DNA from: Trichoplax adhaerens
Lineage: Eukaryota; Animalia; Placozoa
Direction of reading: 5' to 3'
Assembly: GCF_000150275.1 (NCBI RefSeq)
Contig: NW_002060943.1
Location: forward strand, 11,718,878-11,782,877
DNA length: 64,000 nt
Numbering within the stretch: the stretch's first letter is position 1; every line of letters starts with the position of its first letter. The position numbers and the translations under genes were made by a program. Below the pieces are notes generated by a model, which worked only from the letters and a program-made list of their open reading frames with translations, searched no databases and was not told where the DNA came from. Below are positions 34,410 through 46,672 of the stretch, in pieces.

Positions 34410-35115
34410 TTTTAAAATAGTAATATGATCAGCCCTACTAAGCTTGAAAAAAGATTCTCCATTTAAATAGTAATAACATGTAACAAATTCTTTTTAAAAA
34501 ATACTAAAGTGATCAGCTTAAGTAGGCCTGCAAAACCGTTATCCAATTTTAAATAGTAATTACCGGTATTTGATCAACATAAGTCTGAAAATGATTAGCT
34601 CTTCCAAGCATTAAATTATATATAATAATTTCTCTTTAAAATTGTAATAAGATCAGTATGCTAAATCTAAATATTACTCCGATCATATGTCACAATTACC
34701 TCTTTCTAAAGAGCAAGCATGATCGGTTTTATAAGTTTAAAAAACGGCTGTCCATTTTAGCAGCAAGTGTTTACTTTTAATAGCAAAATAAAAAGGTGAT
34801 CAAGATTAGTAACTAGTCCGCAAAGTAGCTATCTATTCAACATAAACCTTTCTACAATATTAATAGGATCAGCATTATAAGTTCAAAAGTGGCTGTCCGT
34901 TTCATCAGTCAACAGTTGCTTTCAAAATACAAACATGGCCAAGATTAGTAGCTAGTCCGAAAAGTGGTTGTCTATTCGACATTATAGTCTTTTTATAATA
35001 CTAATGCGATCGTTACAAAGAATAATTAAGCGGACAGCCACTTTAACATTAATCCTATAATCTATTTTAAAACTGTTAGCATGATTGGTTTACCGCTAAG
35101 CAAGTCTGAAAAATA
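34410..35115. repeat. Degenerate tandem repeat (~60-75 bp subunits, ~140 bp higher-order unit)
   Basis: Recurring GATCAG/GATCGG...TAAGT...AAAA..GGCTGTCC; CAAGATTAGTA.CTAGTCCG.AAAGT.G.T.TCTATTC occurs at ~34801 and ~34940. Confidence 0.6.
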
Positions 35116-35402
35116 GCTAGAAAACCATAATTGAACAACCAAAACACTAATTGAAATGTAACAATATCTTTTATTAAGCTTTAAGTAACTTAGTAATAAT
35201 TTCATTTTTGACATATTATATCTCAACTTATTTCGAAAGATTTAAGGATTAAGTGATGTCATTATCCTTTTTATTTTAAAATTTAAAGATGAGAATTATA
35301 AGCCAGACTATTTAGCTACTCGGTATTAATCCTTCATTTTTCATGGCTAATGCTATTTTTCTTCCATATTTTATACGTAGGTGATGGCAAAATAAAGTCA
35401 TT

Positions 35403-38400
35403 ATGCAGGATCCTTTAATGCCATGGTATACATTTGGTAGCAAATCTACCTTAACTTACCATCACGATGATGATGAAGACGATATCATCCATCGTAACTA
35501 TTACTCAGGATCGATACCATCGCCATCACGATGGTCAGAATTAACCTGTAATAAATCATCATTTACTCACCATGCTGCTTCGGCAGAGTATGATCATCAA
35601 TATGAACTTCTGAAAAGGCCACCGTCGATAATTGGATATGAATTTTCATCGGTTCAACAAGATGAAGATCAGGAACAAATTAATCGACGAGCAGCCCTCA
35701 CTGCTGCTATTGAACGATCTAAATCCTCCATATCAGGTAGAATTTGCCGCGATTATTCGTCCGATCATTCAAAATCTCGATCAAATCGACCCAATACTGC
35801 CCCGGTTCGGCGACCTAAGTCTGCTACTAGCACGGTCAGTGTTTGCTTGGTTAATGCAGCTCGCGTAAATGCTCAACGTCCAAGAACAGCACCTACAACG
35901 GTAATGAAACTTCCTGTTTCCTTTCTTAATTCGTTCATCTATTTCTTTAATTAGTTTTAAATGGCAAGTAAATGCTATTTAGCAATACGGATGACTTTTA
36001 TATACCATTGGTTTATTTCATTGTTGAGAAGTAACTTTAGCTTCTGTACAGTAATGGTTAGGCTGATGTAACTTATATGTGTTTCCACATTAAGAATTAG
36101 TTTTTTTACCAATCCAGTCTCGTATTAAACTACCTGGCACTTTTTTCAGGCCACTTTTGAGTATTAATTATATATAATTTATCCTATCACTTTATATTCA
36201 ATCTAGAAATATTAATCACCTGAACGATTCTTTACATTTAAGTTCTAAATAGTCGAGTACCGTAATAATCATTTTCTATTTCTCTGCTGTATTTCCTCTC
36301 AGATTATGAAGTTGTCATTTGCATCTTAAGAATCTATTTTTATTCTTCGCTACATTATACTTGATACCTGCATGAGCCTTCTTCCTAAATTTATCTTACT
36401 AAGATTTCCTTTCCTATATAGTAGTAATTAATAGACAGTTAGTATCGTTTCATTTGAAATCTATTCCCACCTTCCGGCATACGTACTACCGGAACTTAAC
36501 AAAGCTCTAAATCTCTCTCTGGCAGTCTATATTACAATGCAATTTTCTGTAAAAATTGATCATTTACATTTAATGTTTTCCTAGAAGCCTTCATTAAGCA
36601 GATTAATTTTCTCCTTAGCTGTTTCTGTAGTTGAAGAATTTCTTTTTATATCCTTCAATCTCTTTTTTTAGACTTATTATTGTACTGTATTCTTATGATA
36701 TTTCATTCATTGAATTAATCTATCAAACATTAATTCATGGCTATTTTCCACCATATATCGCAATTATCTGATATTAATCTTACTTATTTTTTCCTACTAT
36801 TTTAATAGCGAAAAGAAATTGTTTCTCGGCTAGGGGATAATCGGGTAAGATTTTAATAGAAATAGCTTCAAGCTACCATCTAAATATGAATGAAATGTGG
36901 CTATTACGACAATCTGCTTGATTTAAATATTAGTTTCAGATTAATTACTAATGCCGATTTGATTTCCTATCTTGTAAATACAAATAGAGTACGAAACGGT
37001 AGTAAAAATATCAGAATTAAAGTTTCTTATTGTTTCAAGTAATTTGCAACGGATTAAAAAAGTTTTATATAAATTCTTGTGGGCTATAGTTATAAACGTA
37101 ACAGAGAAATTGAGATAATTTTTTAAGGCGATAAACGTCTAAATAGGTATACAGGTACGATCGATAAAAATTATCTACAGTAGCTTTTAATTACTTCCAT
37201 AACAGCTATATGTCAACTAGAATAAATTGTTCTTGCAAACTAGTGCTGCTAACCTTACCGAATCGAAGGTTACACTCTTAAACAGCATGCATCTAAAATT
37301 TAGCTGCAAGGATGATTATTGCGTTCGATACCTTTTAGCTAGTTATAAGGTCCATTGAAGTGATGATAAAATGCATCTAAATGCCTATAAACTACAGTAG
37401 TTCAAAATAATTTAACAGAGGATAGAGACTATTCTTTTCAAATAGTATGCGTTCTTTAAAGGACGATAATTGCCATCTTTCTTCCCTGAACATTCTCTAT
37501 CTATAATCCGTTATTATCAGGTTAATCGAATCAGCCAAATAGAATTCCTTCAATTTTCAAAACCTATGCCTATCCATCATCGTGAAGTCGATATCAACAA
37601 ACGCCCTAATAGCAGCCGATTTAAATCTAAAAGTGTTGAAAACCCATTGATTAGAAATTCAAAAACGACTGAATATGATCGATATTCATTCATAAATAGT
37701 TCTAATAAGAAAGTTAAAGAAAGAAATACTGGTAAATCGATCTTGACTGTTGAACAGATACTGCCATCAGGTACAACAAGAACAAATTATAGCAAGCAAC
37801 GAAGGAAAACAGCTTGGGATGATCGCTCTAAAATCAATCATTCGAAATCAGCTAATTTTAAGGCTAAGTCGCCTACTATTCAACAAGAAGTTAAAGATCA
37901 CGATGATGAAGATTTAAAGTTAGCTAGACAAGCTGCTACTCATGCTATGATTTCACAGGAGGATGATTTGTCGCAGGTGAAAAATCAACGAAAGGATAGT
38001 CTTCAATCTACAGAAAAAAATCATGAAGCTGAATTAAAAAATGTAAGCCATAATCTTAGCGTTCTATGCTAAACCATTTCTAATCTGCAGTGGTAGAAAT
38101 GGACAAGTTTTTAATTAAATTGATAACTACTTTTATTCTTGTATCTTCAGGAAAATTTAAATCTACAAGAAAACAGAATAGATGATCATCAGGTTGGTGG
38201 TGAGATCGCTGATCTCATTCAAGACTCTAAGGAAGAAACAATTCAAGAAATTGAAAAGAAAGATGATCAGAAGTCAGAAGAAGAGGTTAAAACAAGCCCT
38301 AGTCGTACCCCTTCTGTAGATAAATCATCAAGCTTAGAAGAAGATACTAAAGAAGACAGCCAGGCTATTGATGCGGAAGATGATAATAAGAATCATGATA

Positions 38401-41263
38401 GCAATGATGAAAATAACGACGATAGACGGCTAAGTGTCCAGTCTTCTCAATCCGAATATATTCGATCGGATAGTCGTGGAAGCTCTGCATCATTAGATGA
38501 TGAAGGTCTGGATGAATTTTATCGTATCCTTTCAAAAACAACAGGATCTCTCAAGAAACATAAGAAAACCAGTTTTCATTCTAGCAGCCATCCAAAAACC
38601 ATTAAAGAGCATAAAGAAACTTCACCAAAGCGAAAAGATAATGTCTTTCTGCAAGTTAATGACGCTCCTATAAAAATTACTCGTCCTAAAACTGGCCGGT
38701 CACGTAGCCATACTTCAATCAGTAAAATTTCCAAACAAACATCTTCTACCCGTCCAAGTGAAAGAGAGAATCAACAGGATAATCTATCGCCATCTACAAC
38801 AACAGCTTTGCAATCACCAGAAGCTAATAAACTTAGCGATACACGTAGAAATCGATCTCTTAGTGCTCCGCAGCCATTACTTGCTGAAGTAAAGGGTTCT
38901 ACCGAAGATAGAAAACCACCAGAAATTCGTATTAATGAAAAAGATGTGGTTAAAGTTATTATCCAGTCTAGCACTAATCAAGATCAATCAGTAAAGTAAG
39001 CCAACGATAGCCGTAATAATGTGTTTTAAGAATAGACTGGCTTGTATTCCAGTAAATGTTGTTGAATTTAAATTTTTTCAATAAAATAACTAATAGGATT
39101 ATTGTATCAATAGGAAAGTTTCAAATAGGAAAACTGTAGGTAAAAATCAAGTCTACAATATTCGCGAATTACTTGATATTCAGATGAAAACCAGACGAAG
39201 ACATATCCACAAGGTGGAAGAGGAAGAAAAAAAACCTTCTGCCCAAGAAAAGCCTTCAATTCAAGAGAGGAAACAGTCCTTGACTACTACTAGTGTAAGT
39301 TACTTAAGTTATCCATTCTTTGATAAGAAAATCGGACATAGTAGAGCAAAAAAACATGAAAGAAGATCTTTCTAACAAAAATGGCACCAAATCTCCCATC
39401 TAGCACTCAATTTCAGAAACAGTTTTATAAATTGCTTACATTGTCTATTCTTTAGTCATTGATATAGCAATAGAATATGGAAAAGTTGTTAAATAGCAGT
39501 CAATGTCTCTTCCATCGCTGAATTAAATTATCTGAAGAGAATAAATACAAAAGTTGTACGGTAATTTAAGTTGATAGCATTATCCACTCGTTAGTTATTG
39601 GTATAGTCATAGAACGCGATACAGTGGATAAAATGGACAAAAAGTGCCTCTCTTCTATCACTGATTTAATTAACTAAGAAAAAGAATATAAAATTATTAC
39701 TTTAAATTGGTAGCATTATCTCTTGTTTAGTTGTTAGTGTATAATCGCTCATTTTTCGCGTAGTACAGCAAACCATGCATGGAATTAACGCTCTTGATCA
39801 TATCTTTATTGCAGCATAAATTTCCAACGTGGTTACAAAGTCGAATTGCTTTCTCTAAGCAAGCATGCCGATTCGAATTACCAGGCGATATGAAACTATT
39901 AGAAGGTAAAATAATTATAGGTATTATAGGTATAATTCTAAGTATTTTCATAATGACATATTCGATTTTAAACGTGAATTACAAAATTGTCTTATTATTT
40001 TAACTTAATAGAAATGACACCAATGGATTATTTAGAAAAACATGCAGTTGTCAGGTAATTTATAAATGAGATATAAGAGTCATTTTGAGTAGTGTATTAT
40101 CATTTAAAGTACTGATTTAAATTGTTTCTCTAGGCATAGTGCTAAACGTATATTTTAACTATGCGTTATAGAGTATCTAATTTTGAATTTTCTGAAATTT
40201 CTCGTATTTACTTAATAGTAAACGTCGTAAAAATCTCTACTCCAAGTATTTTATAAAGATCAATTCTACTGCAAATGGATTGATTACATTCAAGGTAAAT
40301 ATATAGACGAAGATGATCTTGATAAAGCCTATCTTCTTAGAATTCCAAGTTAAATTTAGAATTAAGCTCAAAGTCGCCTACAGATTATCTTAGTAGAAGA
40401 TAATTTATCCGCTAGTTCATTCGCAATCGTATTGCATTTCGATAATTTAATATCATGAACACTAGAATGATCCTTTTAGAACTTTGCGAAAATATAGTAA
40501 TTTGAAATTAAAGCCTTTCGCTATTCCTAAAAACTAGCGTATTCACTTTGGAAACTATCAAGAATTTTTTGAAAATTGTAGATAGCGGTACATGCCACTA
40601 AGGTTCTAGTACCTTTTAAACTTGTAATTATCTACTCAAGATTTCTAAGTGTTGTATCTATTTAAAATAACTCTTAGGAGCTTATAAGAGCAATTCGAGA
40701 CTTACACTTGAACTACATCACGGAGCGGCAAATCAAGGATATCATAACATTAATTAAAGTTGAAGAATCGATGATGTTTGGCAAGACAATATTTTGCGCA
40801 ATATGCGCTTTAATAGAAAGGATGTTGTATGCAACTTTTACGTAAGTAGATCTTTATTAGTTTTTATTATGTCTTACTTAAGGATCATAAAGTGCAAGAA
40901 ATATTGTTTTGTCCATAAATAATAACAGTAGCACTATGATTCTTTTGCTACTTCTTGGCTAGACCGTCTCAAAATAAATCAACTAGTTGATCAATTCTAT
41001 GCGTCAATATTTAATTTTTACTCTAAAATAATGTAGAAAAACTAAATACACCAATATCGACTATGGTCAAAAAGAATTAATTGAAGTTACCGATTTCTCT
41101 GCTTTAAAATGGAAGTTAGCAGGATGCAAGGTAAGCTAGTATATATTGCATACATTGAAAAATGAAAAGAGAGGGTCTTACGTAATGAATTATAGCTAAG
41201 CTTCATTTTTCAATCATTTATTAGATTCAAGATGACTTATTGCATTTATTGCAATCCATCTGA
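35403..41263 (+). CDS. Uncharacterised protein (~862 aa): long disordered N-terminus plus C-terminal degenerate EF-hand-like helical domain
   Basis: Exons 35403-35900, 36809-36844, 37521-38042, 38151-38995, 39114-39294, 39815-39905, 40012-40054, 40219-40294, 40678-40841, 41037-41130, 41225-41263 join in phase. An in-frame TGA precedes the ATG. C-terminus: RFELPGDMKLLEEMTPMDYLEKH...YSKYFIKINSTANGLITFKELIRAI...FCAICALIER...IEVTDFSALKWKLAGC. Confidence 0.8.
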
Positions 41264-43938
41264 TTTGGGCAAAAAGTTATAAAAATCCAAAGGATAACGG
41301 CTTACTTAACCCCATATCTTACCAATTATTCAGTCAACCTTGATATTTATTCCTTTACGCTATCTATCAAGCACCATATAACTCTCTATTTATATCTTTC
41401 TTCTTGTAGTCGTTACATTGATTGAATAAGATTCTTAAAGAATATTGTATCATAACGTATTAACTGTGATTTACCTATTTTGATGCTATCCCTGCAAGTA
41501 TCTGCGCTTTTCTTTTATTTACAAACATGATTTCTAATCTCATTTCTTTCAACCAAGTTGTAATCGATAAAGATAATTTTATAATTGCCATCTGATACTA
41601 TTATGTTACAACAAATTTGCATTCATCAACATTATTCTATCTAACTTTGATATCTCCATTTTCATACATCGAATAATCAAACATTTATAAGAATCTTTAC
41701 CTTATTTTCTCCAATCTTTATTGTTTGGTTAACTAATCGGCTCTCATTCTAATTTTTTAATTCAAAGTTATCATTTCAAATCGAAGCACTATTTTTATGA
41801 ACAGACATGAAAACTAAGCAATCATATACGAGACCGCTATTTTGCAGTATATATATATATATAAATACTTTTCAGGAAATCTGCAATGATATAACAAATG
41901 CTATCCTTTGTTACTCATTACATTTCATTATAAAATTCACATGTATTGCAATGGCTAATATATACTGTCTATTCTTAAATGCTTTTTTATTATTGCCATA
42001 TTGGTGCAATACATGTAAGCAAAAAATTATTAGTCCAAAGTATTGGATTGATTACGGTATTCCGCCATTTTATAATCTATACAACTTAATAAAATTCATT
42101 TTATATGCCATTTTAAGGCTGATGTTATTTATCCTTCTAAATGAAGGCAACTAGATGTAGACTACTTGAGGAATCCTATAATTATAAATATCTCTTTCGT
42201 AATCTTGTAGCAATCGAAGTTTTTTCATCAATATTAGAAAGTAGGTATCAGCTATTTTTGTTCGTTGCAACATATAAATAGCTATAGAAAGTAAATTATT
42301 TCTATTTAGGCATTATAGTCTAGCTCGGACTTGATTAATCGATGATTACACTTGTGTGTGTTTCCTAACGTCTTCCATTTTTCATCAACTTTCTAGTATA
42401 TTAATTTTTTACAGTATCCACCATGGCTACTTAAGCACTTGCAATTTGTAAATAGCTACATAAAATGAATTCTGATTTGATGCTAGATGATCTAATGCCT
42501 ACACCATAGGTGTCAATTTTACAGAAATATAAACTTATCATCAATGATGGCGCATGATTCTTAACTACTCTTATCGCAGAGACTTAGCAGATAATCATGA
42601 TAACTGAATTACCGTCATTTTATGAATTAACTTACTAACGAGCGTAACCGAAAATTTTATTTTCATATCAACATGGTATATAAGCTTTTAACTACTTTAG
42701 CTTCCAGGTCTATTTAGCACGCATCACTACGACAAAACCTACTTAAAATCTTGTGATAACTCCAATCGAAAGGAAACTGCAACTAATTAAACTTTATTGT
42801 ATTGAAACTCAAATTTAACTACAAGGATATATTCAGTGGTACTGTAAATCTGTTTCTATATAATCTCAGATTTTTTAAGACTATCAGCGATAATAAGTAA
42901 GAATTCCTGATCTACTCAATGCACGAGCTAAGACTGCTAATTATTCAGTTATAAGGCAACAAAAATAACAAATTGCTTTACTAAATCGAGTATCTATCTT
43001 AATAAGATATAAAAAGAATGATTCATATCATGCAAGTGATCGCAAACTAGACTACTCTAAAATTAAATAATTATATCTTTTAATATCATTCAAATTCAAT
43101 GTTTTAACGACAGATGTAATTGCGATCAAGCTTTCGTAATTACTAAGAATATGATAATCTATTGGCTCGAATAATTCATCGAGGTAAAGACTACGATTTC
43201 TTTTAACTTTATAATAGTTATAAGACGCGCAAGTAATAATTTTTAAAGCACTTACGGCAGAAATTTCTCGTTTTATACTCTAAGTATGAGCAAATTCAGC
43301 TAATCAGTTGTGAGCATTTTATAGTCTTTAATGACTTTTTATTGAAATTTATCAATTAGAAATCAGAAACAGATTTATGATATTTTCATAAACCTTATTG
43401 TGAATGAAATTGTACAATATACAATATTATGTTAATAGCATGACTAATAACTAATATCGTATGTAGTTTTATCTACACGATACTAAAAATGAGAATATTT
43501 ACCGTAATTAACAGGGGAGGGGGCTACCCTTAGTTACAGATTAGGAATATAAGCTAAACCTTACTTGTTATGAATTTAGATCAGATTATAATGGAAAGGC
43601 TATTGCACTCAATAATTTTCTTGGATGCAATAACGTTGCTACCTGTGTTCATTACTATTAATGTTGGATAGATGATAGTAATATTTTAAAGATGGAGAAT
43701 AAAGTAAATGATTGATATCCATATGCTATCAATCTTTTTCAATGTCGTGGAATAGATCACTATCGGTAACTCAAATAGGAATAAAATAATGTAAATATAA
43801 ATAAGAATCGAAACTAATCAAAATCGCTAATTTATTAATACGATTACAATATCTTCTCTTTTAATAATACAGAATTAAAAGCTCTTACAACGTATTTACT
43901 ATTTAAAACTGTTATTTTCTCTTGGCTGTATAGCTCAG

Positions 43939-46672
43939 TTATAACTTACACGCCATTTGAGTGGGTGTAATTTCAATTTTGAGCACGTCTGTATCCTCAG
44001 TGATTTCATCAACTTTATCAATTTTATCAGTACTTAATGTAGGGGTCATCATTGCTATACTTGTTCTCGCAGAACCGAGCAAGTTGCCACGACTCTCAAT
44101 TTTTCTTTGGAGTCTCTTTAACATAGATGTTTCTTCCTGAGAGATTTCTACGCGAATGAGAGAATTACTGGTAAGTTTGCATTAATAATAGGTGAAATTG
44201 AAAAAATTACATATATCTATTCTTATAAATTTTGACTCTTTCCAATCCGATAAGTAGCTGCAATACTAAAATGTAGTACATATTTCTATGTACGGTATAG
44301 TCTATTCTTATTACAAGTCCATTTCCACTACGCTGTAGCAAAATTTCACATATGCAAGATCTATATTTAACAATTTACTCTTTGGAATTCCATTTATACT
44401 CTGAGACTATTGAGACTAGAGCTTTATCAAGTCCATTACCTTTTAATTTTAACAAGTTATGCTATTGGTTTTTACGTACCATTAGAAAAATCTTTGAAAC
44501 ACATTCCGAAGCATACAACCCTCATAATATGGCAAAAGTAATGACGTAGGTGTTCCCTAGCCGCTCCATATATGATTGGATTCAAAGCCATATGTATCCA
44601 AATAGAATTTTGTATCCAAATTTCGACTGTAACTGACATTTTTACGTCGAAATTCAGTAAGACGTCGTAAATCTAATGGAAGAAATATCACGTAAATAAA
44701 TCACAATAGGTGAATAATATCAGAGATGAAAGTAAGCTAAGCCATAGTATGTAATGCTTATTTATGGCTTCGAAGTATGATTAAGCTACAAAATTATGAA
44801 ATTTTCTTCCTGCTTTGAATTGCGGAAACTCATAAAACAGCAGTAAGAGATGCTAAAAAAAGCAGATAAAAATGAAGTCGGCTATCTTTTCCAATACCAC
44901 ATTCAAGACAACTAATTAACGTTTATCTGATAAAAGCATAACTACTAAGGTTAGCTCATGTTGGAAACATGGGAATGCAGCGGGAAAGAAATAAAGGGTA
45001 ATCAATGCGAATGTGACTTGGACTATGAAATTCAATATTAAGTACTATTATTAAGTTGTAAACTATCATTATTCATTGATGCTGAAAAATAAAGAAATGT
45101 GATATGAAATAGCATTGAGAGACCATTAAAATATAAGACATAAAAATGAAATGATTTAGCCTATCTAACCCGATATACAAGTAATTGTGTATACCGCAAC
45201 CAATAAAGACTATGTAAAATTGTATGCTATAACAGTTCATTAATGTTAAAAATATAGAATTATGCCTGCAAATAGGGTTAAAATATGAGATATTAAAGAA
45301 AGAGCACTTCGACAATCGTATCCAAATCTAAAATATCTATCAAATACTCAGTAAAGCCCTACTCTCCGACAGTTCATTCTTGTCAAAACTACGCCATAAA
45401 AGTGTATAGAGAGATTACTAACGTAGAAGGTATTAACAGGCGAAAATAATTCAGACTATCTATTCTAATCTGCGGAAGACTTGATAAAACCATAAACTAC
45501 TACAGATCCATCATGTTGAAATATGAAAGCGCGCGAACGCATCAGTGAAAGTCTATCAAGCACTACAAAAATGTACGACTTTATAGAGAAGTGATTTAGG
45601 CTAAGATTATTGAGATAGATAGTCCTATGGAATATCTAGTATAACTATTAGAAACTCGATTAAAAATGCAACTCGTGATTGTTCTTATAGCAATACGGAA
45701 ATATTTTCGGACAATATGAAAGATTATTGAAAAACTACGCTCGTAGGATATTAGGAAAAAAGGGATTTTAGACTTTTAGCCAACGCAATTTAGATTGTAC
45801 TATCCGATATCTATCACTATTACTCTTGGCTCAATAATATAAGTTAGCATAGCTCAATCATATTCAACGTTCAATATCAGAAAGTCATAAAAAACAGCAG
45901 CAATACATACAATTAGAGGAGAGTAGCAAACGCATGAAACAATTGAAACTCCAATGGTCAACTTGCATAACGGACATGCTTGACGAGCTTTCTCCTTAAA
46001 TGTTTTGGCTTCACGAAGGGTTTCAAATATGCTATGAAGTACTTGAATATTACATATCAATATCCCAAGTAAGATTAAGGAAACGACAACAGCTAGTGAA
46101 ATTGTCATTGCTCGTGAACCAGAATCAATTGGGTTTGTAAGTCGTAAGAAACACAATCCTCTCGGTTTACTTCGTCCATATTGGCCAACACCAACTAAAG
46201 GTAATGCTGCATAAGCCAAGCAAATGGACATACCAACTAAGATAGAGATCACCACTTGTTTGCTTGTGACATTTAAACGATAATAAAATGGTGTTAATAT
46301 CGCTAATCTTCGCTCTAAGGACATTAATAAAACGATACATAATGATGACCCACAAGTGAATGTGCGAAAATAACCCAACATTCGACAGGTATCCGTATTA
46401 CCGAAAGTACCTGTAGGTGATATAAAAGTACCAATAACAAAGGGAGAAATCAAGAGACAACTAATGATATCATTAGTTGCTAAACTAATAACCATAATGT
46501 CATGTTTAAGTAATTCTTTCTTGGCTTTCATCTTCATAGTGATTAACGTTAATATATCTCCCAATATAAGGACAACACAACATAAACAAAATACGATGAA
46601 GGCGCCCCAATTTCGTTCCATGCTGCTTGGAGCAAGCGTTGGAATGAAGGCACTAGAACCGTTGTTAAGCAT
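43939..46672 (-). CDS. Rhodopsin-class GPCR, prostanoid-receptor-like (~387 aa, 3 coding exons)
   Basis: Exons 46672-45911, 44672-44480, 44147-43939. Seven hydrophobic segments; LATND (TM2), MSLERRLAILTPFYY (TM3), LPLVGVGQY....PRGLCF (ECL2), CYSPL (TM6), NPIIY (TM7). Confidence 0.88.

Noticed and set aside
41807-42154. 115-aa ORF between the convergent 3' ends
   Set aside because: AT-rich and low-complexity, spans a TA microsatellite, and has no motif or splice support.
43939-43950. C-terminal CKL of the GPCR as a peroxisomal PTS1 signal
   Set aside because: PTS1 imports soluble matrix proteins, so on a 7TM receptor this is probably coincidental.
44480-44672. GPCR as an opsin
   Set aside because: There is no Lys at the retinal-binding position 7.43 (Trp here), and the other motifs are closer to prostanoid receptors.
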